From Craspedostauros australis (lineage: Eukaryota): DNA of 33,275 nucleotides. A model generated the notes under the pieces. That model saw only the letters and a list, made by a program, of their open reading frames with translations, was not told where the DNA came from and made no database searches. The DNA lies in contig JALAGF010000558.1 in assembly GCA_030167865.1 (NCBI GenBank), positions 1 to 33,275 of the forward strand, given 5' to 3'. Positions 1 through 9,794 of this stretch are shown here, piece after piece; the first letter of the stretch is position 1; each line of letters begins with the position of its first letter. Position numbers and translations under genes: made by a program.

Positions 1-71
1 TCTGTTTGTTTGTGCTTGTGTTGTTGGTGGTGGTACCAATTGTGAAGGGATGCGGCGTCATTGGAGTGGTT

Positions 72-107
72 GCCATCGCCATCGCCATCGCCATCACCAT
101 CACCATC
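72..107. repeat. Hexanucleotide microsatellite (GCCATC)4(ACCATC)2
   Basis: Read directly: gccatc x4 at 72-95, then accatc x2 at 96-107. Confidence 0.9.
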
Positions 108-1929
108 GTCGAACAGAGTTGTGTCGAATGAAGACAACAGAGAGGTGATGTTGGTTGTGAGTGTTTGTGTGTATCATTGGTTGAATGAACAACGGATGGC
201 AGACAGACGAGTACTCGCCAAACGCGCCAACAATTCTTGACACCATCCAAAACAACGAATCTTCGATTTTGCACCCATGATTCATCAAACAACATCAACA
301 TCAACACAACAAGAGAGAGCGAGAGAGAGAGAGCAAGAAAGATGAAACGGCATGACTATGTTTGCATTGATGGAGGTATCAGCCAACACTGAGACATTGT
401 CTGTCAAGCAGCAAAGCAACGAAGCAATGAAGTAATCAAGCAGGAAGCAGCTGCGCAAAATATGGCACGCTAACCAGAATCAACGAAGGCGACCATTGCA
501 AGAGACTGTGACGATGCCAACGATGATGACGCTGATGATGAATGGCGAGCAGTGATGAACAGCGATCTCAAACGTGCCGCATCGCTCAGAAACATCCGAA
601 GGGAAGATATCACACCAACTGCTCCGGAGTAAAGATAGGCTTGGGACATGGGAAATCGCAGCACCAACAACAGAGCCAACAGCCATGGCAACAAATGTCA
701 TGGCCCATGGTGCGGTCTGGATTCAAGTCATCAGCAGCGGCGCCCACCCACATAAACGTCCGATGCGTTGTCTGAAACGGAGATTCAGCACATATTGGAT
801 GGGTGCATCTGTAAGATCGGACGCAGCGACGTTTCCCGAGACCAACAGAGCCATCAGTTTGGAGATGTTCCTCAGTCCCCACTGCACGCACCACAACCAG
901 CCACGCCTGTTCATACCGATGCTCGAAGCGATACGTCGCTAACACAAACCGCAAACGATGAGACAGAGGCACTGTCTCACTGGATCCACCATTATTGAAA
1001 TCGTGTGCAATGACATCGGCAACTTCTCCCATTGCTCGTCATCTTGGTCCGCCATATCGAAAACCATGCAGCTGTTGGCATGCGCTTGTGCCCTGCGCGA
1101 CATCATGCACGAACTGCAGCACCACCACCACCAACAAGCTGACAGCCGTAGTACATCCCGCTCCGTCACATTGGATTCGATTCCTACAAGGCATGCATGA
1201 TGCCCGCGAGGTCCACCATAGCTTCCCACACAACTCCTTCCACACCAACGAAACCAACGAACGCGGAAACCATATGATCGGCAACGACGACCACAACGAT
1301 GACAGCGGTGGCTGGACCATCTTCTTCATGTCGCATTGGCCACTGATGCTGCACACCAACGTGCCTTACACCAACCGGGATCATCTGCAATTCATGCACA
1401 GAAGACCATGCGTATCTCGCGGATTAGCCAGACCGTGCTGCGAACGATACGGGACTGCATGGAGCAGCATGCTGTGCACATCACCAAAGGCGACGGTGAA
1501 GGCATGGCGGACGCACCATTCAATGATTGGATCTCAAGTTGCTCCAGTTCCTTTCACACAGATTCTATCCTAATGACTATTCTGACGACTATTTTTATCC
1601 GTCGACTCAATTCTGTCATGCATTCACTTGTGGAAGACTTCTGTTATGGTATGGCATGGTGTGGCACTTCACTCCTCTTCCTCAGCAGTTCCGTCCGCCT
1701 CAATCACGTTGGATCCATTGGTTCTCATAGAGCGCACGAAGTCCACCAATGTCACCCGATCCATGTATGAATCCACTTGTGCTGTACCCTCATCCTGATC
1801 CATAACCTTGTACAGGTCCATCATGGACATATGACTGTACTCACCATCAACTCCATCACTCTCCACTCCCCCACTGCGAAGCACCTTGATCTCCATCATC
1901 AATTGACGGTGTGGAATCAGCTTGCTGAA

Positions 1930-2457
1930 TAATATAGCTAAACTAGTAACCACCTTAGTGAGAGAGACTACGAATCATCCGACTTGTCAGCATTCCAGTA
2001 GGTCGAACAGACACTTCGCTGAACCCCACGTTTGGAGACAGATCCAGAACATTGAAGCGGATCTTCGGAATTCGTGTCAGGGAACCAATGGGGTTCCGAT
2101 AATCAAGCTTCTGACACCCACCATCGCCAAAACGCCGACACATGGAACCAAAGCCACAACAACGAGCATCATCGCCCATTGTCTCTCACAGAACCCAGAC
2201 GACGGATCTCGACCCACGGTACTTGGGCTACACAACCCACACGCATTGTCATACANNNNNNNNNNNNNNNNNNNNNNNNNNNNNAAGAACCATAGCACTA
2301 ATCTCATAATCCGCACGTTTCTTCACCATCTACCAGTATTCTCAATTGACTACTTGTGGAACAGAAGACTCACGTTCGGACCGCTTGCCAGTCAAGCCTC
2401 TGCCTACAGCTAAAGAACAGCCAACAAGACAACAGCCATTACGTTTGGGCTCTATTA
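1930..2457. mobile_element. Transposable element insertion (solo or assembly-collapsed LTR-like element, or a non-autonomous TIR element) with a 5-bp TSD
   Basis: CTGAA at 1925-1929 and at 2458-2462. Left end TAATATAGCTAAAC; reverse complement of right end TAATAGAGCCCAAAC (8 of the first 9 bases match). Removing the element plus one TSD copy rejoins ...HPDF-S-KLIPHRQ... in frame. Contains an assembly gap. Confidence 0.8.
2256..2284. other. Assembly gap (29 N) inside the insertion
   Basis: Run of N. The true element length is therefore unknown. Confidence 0.99.
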
Positions 2458-2960
2458 CTGAAATCTGGATGAGTGAACATATCTTCTTCATATTCAGATG
2501 CCATTCTCATTGCTGCATCCTTCAACACCAAGCAGTTGTGTTGATGGGGGAATAACAATGCATCTATCATGGTGTCCTCTGTGAGATGTTTGCGAACCGA
2601 CTCTGCTTCAAGAGCAAGCTTGAGGTGCCAGAAGCTAAACTCGTTGGAAACAAGGATCAGCTGTTGTAAGTGTATTGGATGTGTTTTGGTTGAAGGTTGG
2701 GAAGAGAGACAGTTACTTACATAGGGGCCACGCTGTCTTTGGTGCCATCCTTCACGTGCTGATGTTGAATTTCTTCGTCGATCAGTGTCTCAATGGATGG
2801 GACGGTGATCATGAGGACTTCGGCGTTTGCCTTGATTGGTTGCTGCTCCTCGCCCTGTCCACACAAGAAGATGGGCCTGCCCTGTTCTCGGTTTGGAAGG
2901 ATCAAAGCCAGTCTTCTCCAATGCTGCTGTTGGTCCTCTTGTGGCCGATGTGTTTGTGTG

Positions 2961-3078
2961 CATTCTCTTTCTTCTTCCACTTCAACTGCTGTCTCAACTG
3001 TTGTTGCAGTTGTTCATTCTCTGGTTCCTTCAGCTTCAACCTGTTGATACAACTGTTCTTGTGGTTGTTCATTCTCTT
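2961..3078 (-). repeat. ~54-bp tandem duplication encoding a coiled coil (ENEQ.Q.QL.QQLK)
   Basis: cattctc anchors at 2961, 3015 and 3070 (periods 54 and 55). The 55-bp unit carries the extra base that shifts the frame. Confidence 0.75.
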
Positions 3079-3100
3079 GCTCGTTTTGTTGTAAGCGTTG

Positions 3101-3940
3101 TTACAGTTGTGGGCTGCGGTGACTGGGACGTCTCATGATCAATCTCCTGATTTTGGTGGAATGCTTTCCGTTGATCAAATCGAGGGGTGTTTCGTTGTCG
3201 TTGTTTTGGATGTCGGTATCAGCATTGGCTGATTCGATGAGGTACTTCACACACTCCAGCCCACCATAGCTGCATGCCGAATGAAGGGGAGTGTCACCAT
3301 TGTTGCTTTTGCAGTTGATATCAACCCCACATGCTTCGATGAGGTACTTCACACACTCCAGGTGGCTATTGCAGCATGCTACATGAAGGGGAGTGGAACC
3401 ATAGTCGTTTTGGCAGTTGATGTCAGCCCCACATGATTTGACGAAGTACTTCACACACTCCAGGTGGCCACCGAAGTATGCCCAATGAAGGGGAGTGAGA
3501 CCACGGTAGTCTTTACACCTAATGTCAGCCCCACATGATTTGATGAGGTACTTCACACACTCCAGCTTGCCGTTGCGGCATGCCCAATGAAGGGGAGTGA
3601 AACCATCGTAGTATTTACACGTGATGTTCGCCCCACATGATTCGATGAGGTACTTCACACACTCCAGGTGGCCACCTCTGTATGCGTTATGAAGGGGAGT
3701 GAAACCAAAGCAGGCTTTACACCTGACGTTCGCCTCACATGATTCGATGAGGTACTTGACACACTCCAGGTGGCCGTTGTCGCATGCCTCATGAAGGGAA
3801 GTGTTGTCATACCAGCCTGTAACCTTGTTGACATCGACTCCTTCCTTCTGTGTCTTGTTCTGTTTCTTCCATTCCTTCAACACCAACAAGTCACCTGCAC
3901 TGGCAGCATCAAGGAGTTGTTGGTCTGTGACATTCGGCAT
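3101..3940 (-). CDS. Ankyrin repeat ORF, 279 aa; the truncated N-terminal part of the ANK-BTB gene
   Basis: Six 34-aa repeats of the form (T)PLH.A...GHLECVKYLI..CGAD, plus capping repeats. ATG at 3940. Confidence 0.9.
   Translation of the reverse strand: MPNVTDQQLLDAASAGDLLVLKEWKKQNKTQKEGVDVNKVTGWYDNTSLHEACDNGHLECVKYLIESCEANVRCKACFGFTPLHNAYRGGHLECVKYLIESCGANITCKYYDGFTPLHWACRNGKLECVKYLIKSCGADIRCKDYRGLTPLHWAYFGGHLECVKYFVKSCGADINCQNDYGSTPLHVACCNSHLECVKYLIEACGVDINCKSNNGDTPLHSACSYGGLECVKYLIESANADTDIQNNDNETPLDLINGKHSTKIRRLIMRRPSHRSPQL
3205..3815 (-). repeat. 102-bp tandem repeat array, 6 units, ankyrin-coding
   Basis: The near-invariant motif (g/a)gtactt(c/g)acacactccag starts at 3241, 3343, 3445, 3547, 3649 and 3751, an exact 102-bp period. 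Outer bounds are approximate. Confidence 0.95.
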
Positions 3941-5067
3941 GTTGAGAGGATGGTCAATTGTCGATGGTTGTTGGACGAATGGCGTTGGATTGGCTGTCGA
4001 GGAAGTGTGGAGTCTGAGCTATCTATGGCAGAGGTATCGATGGTGGTGGCTGCACTGGTTGGTATTATGGTATTATGAGTACCATGGACTGTGTGATGAG
4101 TATGAGCGCCAATTCGATGTCTGTTGTTGATGTGCTCGAGTATGTGTTTGAGTGGTGTGTATTGTGTTTTGAGGTTTTGTTCGGATGGTCCTCTCTTTCT
4201 CTTTTTGTGCGCAAGTATCTTCGTGTTTGCCTCTGTTTGCCTCTGTTTGCTTGTGGTTTCCAGAAATCCCGAGTGTTTTTTTTGGGAACCGAGATTTTGG
4301 ATCATCCGGGTCGCAGCGCCTGGCAGTCAACCGGCGACGTCATCCGGTCTTGTGCGGTGACTCCTACGCGACGCCAGTCTAGAGTGGCTTCGTGCGTGTG
4401 CTTGTGTCAGCAAAAGGATCCTTTCAGAGCAGAAGAACACAACGTCGAGGACTACATCTTGGATCAGCAAGAACAACAGCCACTAACACTGGATAGCATC
4501 GTTTTCTGTGTGTCTTGAGGTCTCTCCTTTGCAGCACCTTCCAGCTCGCAAGCATCAGAATTCAATCTATATTGCACCGACGGTCCTGATTTTGGCGATA
4601 CCAGCCAAGACACCAAGACACCGCAGACCTAAACGCAAATCGGCGTCCACCAGGTTTCTCATAGAATTTATATCAAGTTTATGAGTGGTATGGTTGAAAG
4701 CCCCGCATGGTGCCGGCGCCCCAGGATGGAGTGGAGCTCCTGTTGCTCAAGTGGGTCCGGCGCGTGTTTCTGCCTTTTCCGAATTCGGCCTTATTCGTAC
4801 CAGTCGAAAGTGAGCATTTCTGTTTGAGAACAAGAAAAATGGCGCGAAACGCTGATCGTGGAGATTGTCACGATGTTGATGTTCTTCATACACGGTGCGT
4901 TCCTGCTCTGCGCAAGCGTCCCCACATTCGTTTGCACACACATCAGCATCGAATCATACGACCTACAACACCGCAAACCGCCAGGAGCAGACATGAGACA
5001 GGCTCCCACCAGCACGATTACGAAGATTGCGCTGGAAGGATCTTGATTCATCGCATTGTCAAGCACA

Positions 5068-6675
5068 ATGGCGAATTCCGCACGCGTGCGTCGACGCCAA
5101 CCCATCCGTCGGCAGCACTACAGCAAATACTCGCACAACGATCGCCGCATGGTATCGATCGCGACGATCAAGAGATGCGTGCTGTGGACGACGATCTGCA
5201 TCGTGCTTCTGCTCGGTGCCGTCGTCAATTACGTGTGGATGCACCAGCACGTGCTTTATGATGCCGTGCAGATGGCTGGTTTTCACGCCGCACCATCGCA
5301 GCGCTCCGTCAATCATGCCGACGCGATACTGCGGCAGATGAAGCAAGCTACGCCCGTTCCATACGAACGTCACAACGGGACGACATTTCAATGTCCCGTC
5401 ACTGGGAATAGCTTCACGGTCGGGCGGTTGGGCGATGCAGTCAAGCATGCCAGAGAGTTCGGTATGATCCAGCGCATGAAGCGCATTCCACGGCGTCAAT
5501 GGGACATCATCGATACAGCGCAGTGTTGGACGCAAGAGAAGGATGGTCGGCTGGTATCCGAACGGGAAATTGCTGCTGCTGCAACGGGTCAGCTACAAGC
5601 ACCGCAAGCATCACGGCTGGCGTCGCCAAATGCGATCTTGATCGGCGTTCAGAAGGGCGGTACGACGGCTCTATTTTCATACCTACAGCAGCACCCCAAA
5701 GTCGCCAGTTCCAAGAAGGAGCTCTACTTTTTGGATGAATACATCGACGCTCGGTTGCTGTCGCAGGCCAAGGCGGCGGATAGGCCGGGGATTGTCGATG
5801 GCGTCAAGTCGCAGTCATCATCCCGCATGCATCAGCTGGAAATTCGACAAGCCTATTCGACAGCATTGACCCATGCAGCTTACGGGCCAAAGCACCGCAC
5901 GCATTCCGCGCAGACAAGGCGACAAAAATCACAACAGCAACAACCAGACAACCGCATCTTGCTCGATTTCACACCCAACTACGTCGTCCAAAGCAACCGA
6001 TTACCGCAGCGCCTCATGTGCATCGCGCCATGCGCCAAGATCCTGCTCCTCCTGCGCGATCCCATCGAACGCGCACGCTCCAATTACGACATGAAGCAAC
6101 GTTTTCATCGTGCCGCGACGCCTGTCGTCAACGAGCACGGCAAACCGTTGCCCACCTTGCAGCAGTACATTCGCAACGATATTGCGGCGCTGCGAGAAAC
6201 GGGCGTGTTGCAGGATTGGAGCGTCGTCGATTTCGACGCATTCTTCGCATCGCAGGCACAACATGAGGCATGGCGCGCGTATATTCATCAAGGGTTGAAT
6301 TCGCCGATCGGTTGGGGATTGTATGCCATTCAGGTTCATCATTATCTATCGGTCTTTCGACGCTACGGCAAGCCACTCACCGATTTCATGGTCGTGCCGT
6401 CGATGGATTTGAAGATGAGACCGCATGCCACTTGCGGGATGGTGCAAGACTTTCTGAACATTTCGCGCATCGGCCTCGATGAGTACTCGCAGTCCATCAA
6501 CTCTGCGAAAGTGGAAGGCAGCTACGCGGGTGAATTGGGCGCTGAATTGCAGCGGGAATTGAAGGAGCTGTTTCGTCCGTACGACGAGAAGCTGAAGGAA
6601 CAGCTCAGCGCAAATCCATTCCAATGGAGAGGAGACACATGGGAGGATTTCACGATCCATCCGGCGGGACAGTGA
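5068..6675 (+). CDS. Type II membrane PAPS-dependent sulfotransferase (heparan sulfate 3-O-/N-sulfotransferase-like, Sulfotransfer_1 fold)
   Basis: N-terminal TM VLWTTICIVLLLGAVVNYVW. 5'-PSB motif ILIGVQKGGTTALFSYLQQHP, KELYFLD, DFTPNY and 3'-PB motif LLLRDPIERARSNY. C-terminal LKELFRPYDEKL. First ATG at 5068. Confidence 0.9.
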   Translation: MANSARVRRRQPIRRQHYSKYSHNDRRMVSIATIKRCVLWTTICIVLLLGAVVNYVWMHQHVLYDAVQMAGFHAAPSQRSVNHADAILRQMKQATPVPYERHNGTTFQCPVTGNSFTVGRLGDAVKHAREFGMIQRMKRIPRRQWDIIDTAQCWTQEKDGRLVSEREIAAAATGQLQAPQASRLASPNAILIGVQKGGTTALFSYLQQHPKVASSKKELYFLDEYIDARLLSQAKAADRPGIVDGVKSQSSSRMHQLEIRQAYSTALTHAAYGPKHRTHSAQTRRQKSQQQQPDNRILLDFTPNYVVQSNRLPQRLMCIAPCAKILLLLRDPIERARSNYDMKQRFHRAATPVVNEHGKPLPTLQQYIRNDIAALRETGVLQDWSVVDFDAFFASQAQHEAWRAYIHQGLNSPIGWGLYAIQVHHYLSVFRRYGKPLTDFMVVPSMDLKMRPHATCGMVQDFLNISRIGLDEYSQSINSAKVEGSYAGELGAELQRELKELFRPYDEKLKEQLSANPFQWRGDTWEDFTIHPAGQ

Positions 6676-6845
6676 CACGATAGAGTACACTGATGTGATA
6701 GAGCAGCCCAATAGAATATAAGAAAGTGGAGTAAAGGAGAAGAGATTGTTATGCTTGCTTTAAATTGTGTATTTCTGTCATGGTATTCTATTTGATTACA
6801 TTCAGAACAACTGCCGAAAGCACAAGCACACGCCCAACTTCTTAC

Positions 6846-9794
6846 TCAAACCCCCACGAACCGTTGCAATTCCAGATCGATCAGCGCAACGAACATGTCC
6901 AATTCGCTCGCTTCCTCTGAATGCTGCAGCGGCAGCCAATGGACGCGCAAATGCGCCGCGTTGTTCCAAAGGTCGTAGTCCATCATCGTCGGCATGTGGT
7001 CCTTGCCTTTCACAACGTCCGATGCATCCGCGAAGAAGATCACCAACGAGCAATCGCGATTCAAGAAGGTGGCGATCGAGGCCGAGCCGCCCATGACGGT
7101 GATGAAGATGTGGGATTGTTGGATGCTCTCAAGCTGCTCCCGCAGCGGCAGCTTGTGCATCTCCACGGTTTGGAGATGTACTCGTTTGTGATCCTTCATG
7201 GTAGATTCATCAACGTGACGTTGCAGACATTCGATGTGCTTGGCGAAATCACGCCGGCGATCAGAATTGTTGGATGAGAGGATGGAGAAGGTGATGACTG
7301 TCGTATGGCCAACTCTATCGGCGCTTTTCGTCACCGCTGCTGCTGCGGTCGTTGCGGTGGAGGGAATGCTCATTCGCTGCAACGCAAATCGCCGGAATTC
7401 CCAGATCGTTGATGCCCTGCCGACGTTGTGCACGATGCGATAGTCTTCGATGAGCTGCCCGTGCTTCTTGAATCCATGATCCGTCAACATCCCAATTCCT
7501 GCCATGGCTCGTTGCGAGCACACGATCGATGGCCACGCCCTGCCTTGTGCGTTGCCATGAGTCCATCGTGCCATGGCTCGCTGGATACTGTCATCGTGCG
7601 CGTTGATGAATTGCTCCGGCGCAACGCCCAAAAGAGCGAGGAACTTCGTGACCATGCTGTGGCATGTATTGTTGGCTGTTTCCACGCACGTTGGGTCGGT
7701 GTTGACCAACAAGATCTGAGACGAATTGGATCGATCGTCCAAGTGGAACATCGTCACAAGGTTGTAGATAGCGAGCAAGTAGTCCCACATCAGATGACCC
7801 GGATTGTTGATGTTTGGCTGTTGCGTGTAAATGGGAATCATGACGATATCTGGTGACAGGACGATCGCGTTGCCATCTTGCTGGAGATCCGTGAGGGGAA
7901 GTGTGCGTACGGTTGGAGACCAAGGTCCACCTTCAGCAAGTCGAACGGAATGGCCGATCATTACGTTGACTTCTGACGCAGCCATCACAGCGTCAGTTGC
8001 ACGTGGGCCGCCCGCAGTCGTCTGTGTTTGCGGCACGAACGTGACGAATTCGGCAGGCGTTTTGGAAGTATCCAAACAGAGGTTGCGCATGTGACAAGAT
8101 CGATAGTTCCTGGAATCCCAATTCCAATTCTCTCCAATGCAATGGGCATCAGCGACGAGATGCGAAATGGGTTGGATTGCCGTATCATCATTTGTTGAGG
8201 GAACCGAAATCCCATTGTTTCCGTCCATCGATTGCCATGTTGCTGGTTTACTGCCGTCTGTCGTTCGTTTATTGTCGTCCGTCATTGTTCGTTGCAATAG
8301 ATCGGCGAGTTCTGTTTCTGCCTCTGCCACGGAGACCCAAACTATCCGCAAGTGAGAGATATGATTCCACAGCTCCGCCTTTGCCCAATTCTGTGATGGA
8401 TGCTGATCGTACAGCAACACCAGAATTGCATGCTTGGGCAGAAAGAAGGCGGGCCACAGCGTCGCTTCGTCATCATGATGCGCTACCCATATGTTCGACT
8501 GAGAGGCAGTCTTCATGATCGTTCGGTTGAATGTCGCATGATCCTCGATGGCGACGAGTTGGGGTGAGACTTGCGTCGAAGTGTCTACGAGCGATGATAT
8601 GTTGCTGTAGATTTGTGCAAGCCTTGCTGATCTGGCTCGTATTGCTGCGTCCGTTTCTGCTGCGACATGAGCAATAGCGATGGTGCAAATGACTGAGTGC
8701 TGTGCATCACTGCCTCGTTGCGTCACCTGTACACCGCCGGCCACTGCCGCACCACGTTCATTCTGAGATTGAGCCGTATCGAAATGGATGAACTGCTCGC
8801 GAAGATGATGGGAGAAGTCCCAGAGCAACCGACCGCGACCAACATTGCGGCTCGTCCTCTTCTTGGCAGGTGCCATGCCATGATCTGTCAGCATACCTAT
8901 TCCCGCCAACGCGTCACCGCACAACCACAGGTCAGATTTGTGCTCCGACGTCGTCGGCATGTCATCCGCCACAACGACATGGTATCGTGCAATGCGAAAG
9001 AGCGATTGCATCCGTCGTTGACACAGATCGAAACTCATGGTTTGGTTGCCTTGCGGAGGATCGCACACCTCGCTGGGATTCGTAACGATGACAATGACGC
9101 TATCATGCTGCGTCGATTTCCCAAACATCGTGAGCAAATTGAAGATCGCAAAGTGCACATCCATCAAGAGTTTGAGCGGAGATCTCATGATGGATGGATG
9201 CAACGCGATGGGAACCATGGTCGTATTTCGTGTGATTGAGAGGACATATTGCGTCGTGGGCTGAATTCCCGCTATGGCGATGTCATCCACAACCGTTGGT
9301 CTCCATTTGTACTTGCCGGGCGATTTGCGCATCCATGATCTCGTCATTCCGATCAACGATACGTCCATGTAAGATTCATCCAGCAGCGTCGACACGCGCA
9401 TGTACATATGCGCGTCCAACAAAACGCGATGTTGCTGGCTGCGCACAAGCCGAAACGTGCCTTGCAAGTTCCAGCACATATCGCGATAGTGACACGAACG
9501 GTGGATCCACGCAGTGTTGGGCAGAAAGTTGTCGCCGACGCAGTGCATGCTCGAATGGAAGTTGCGTTGCGGATCTTGCAGCAGATGCTTGAGGGAGGAC
9601 CACACGCGCATGGTGTGGCTCGGCATGTCCGCAGACCAATTGGCCGCAGCGATCGGCGGCAAGTCCCACTCCTGAGACTGAAACCGGAACGTGAGGTGCT
9701 GGCACACCAACGTGAGGACGATTGCTGCGGAAAGGAATCGAAGCCATGCTGCTGGATTCTTGAAGCGTATCAGCCGAGTGCTCCTATCCGCCAT
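6846..9794 (-). CDS. Type II membrane glycosyltransferase with two tandem GT61-like (EOGT/POMGNT2-like) domains
   Basis: TM FLSAAIVLTLV. Duplicated motifs HCVGDNF..RSCHYRDMC / HCIGENW..RSCHMRNLC, AGIGMLTDHG twice, NVGR twice and LWN...HLR..W twice. NPGHLMWD and the LREQLESIQQSHIFITVMGG segment are in domain 2. First ATG at 9794. The family is assigned from motif recognition only. Confidence 0.7.
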   Translation of the reverse strand: MADRSTRLIRFKNPAAWLRFLSAAIVLTLVCQHLTFRFQSQEWDLPPIAAANWSADMPSHTMRVWSSLKHLLQDPQRNFHSSMHCVGDNFLPNTAWIHRSCHYRDMCWNLQGTFRLVRSQQHRVLLDAHMYMRVSTLLDESYMDVSLIGMTRSWMRKSPGKYKWRPTVVDDIAIAGIQPTTQYVLSITRNTTMVPIALHPSIMRSPLKLLMDVHFAIFNLLTMFGKSTQHDSVIVIVTNPSEVCDPPQGNQTMSFDLCQRRMQSLFRIARYHVVVADDMPTTSEHKSDLWLCGDALAGIGMLTDHGMAPAKKRTSRNVGRGRLLWDFSHHLREQFIHFDTAQSQNERGAAVAGGVQVTQRGSDAQHSVICTIAIAHVAAETDAAIRARSARLAQIYSNISSLVDTSTQVSPQLVAIEDHATFNRTIMKTASQSNIWVAHHDDEATLWPAFFLPKHAILVLLYDQHPSQNWAKAELWNHISHLRIVWVSVAEAETELADLLQRTMTDDNKRTTDGSKPATWQSMDGNNGISVPSTNDDTAIQPISHLVADAHCIGENWNWDSRNYRSCHMRNLCLDTSKTPAEFVTFVPQTQTTAGGPRATDAVMAASEVNVMIGHSVRLAEGGPWSPTVRTLPLTDLQQDGNAIVLSPDIVMIPIYTQQPNINNPGHLMWDYLLAIYNLVTMFHLDDRSNSSQILLVNTDPTCVETANNTCHSMVTKFLALLGVAPEQFINAHDDSIQRAMARWTHGNAQGRAWPSIVCSQRAMAGIGMLTDHGFKKHGQLIEDYRIVHNVGRASTIWEFRRFALQRMSIPSTATTAAAAVTKSADRVGHTTVITFSILSSNNSDRRRDFAKHIECLQRHVDESTMKDHKRVHLQTVEMHKLPLREQLESIQQSHIFITVMGGSASIATFLNRDCSLVIFFADASDVVKGKDHMPTMMDYDLWNNAAHLRVHWLPLQHSEEASELDMFVALIDLELQRFVGV

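Larger units (their letters stand above)
1669..3940 (-). pseudogene. Decayed ankyrin repeat-coiled coil-BTB/POZ-BACK gene, a probable Cullin-3 adaptor architecture. Only the ankyrin part is still an open frame.
   Basis: Manual minus-strand translation past the ankyrin stop (3101-3103). Q/E-rich coiled coil QRLQQNEQENEQ...LQQQLRQQLK with a +1 frameshift near 3040. BTB N-terminus SSIGEDWL*...IFLCGQGEEQQPIKANAEVLMITVPSIETLID, then *VTVSLPNLQPKHIQYTY. BTB-end/BACK-like segment LILVSNEFSFWHLKLALEAESVRKHLTEDTMIDALLFPHQHNCLVLKDAAMRMASEYEEDMFTHPDF (2660-2460). After the insertion: SKLIPHRQLMMEI...YSHMSMMDLYKVM...AEEEE* (stop at 1669). Internal stops at 3101, 2902 and 2717. Confidence 0.8.

Noticed and set aside
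1..300. Possible minus-strand coding fragment (DGDGDG...) running off the window edge
   Set aside because: It is explained by the hexamer microsatellite; there is no start codon in that frame and no domain evidence.
2661..2720. Apparent 60-nt minus-strand intron (GTAAGT...ACAG) in the BTB region
   Set aside because: Splicing it creates an immediate stop in the upstream BTB frame, and the segment itself translates in that frame as BTB-like VTVSLPNLQPKHIQYTY. Decayed coding sequence fits better.
3205..3815. Regularly spaced conserved motifs with variable intervening sequence, superficially CRISPR-like
   Set aside because: The period is 34 codons, the whole unit is homologous and encodes ankyrin repeats, the context is eukaryotic and there are no cas genes.
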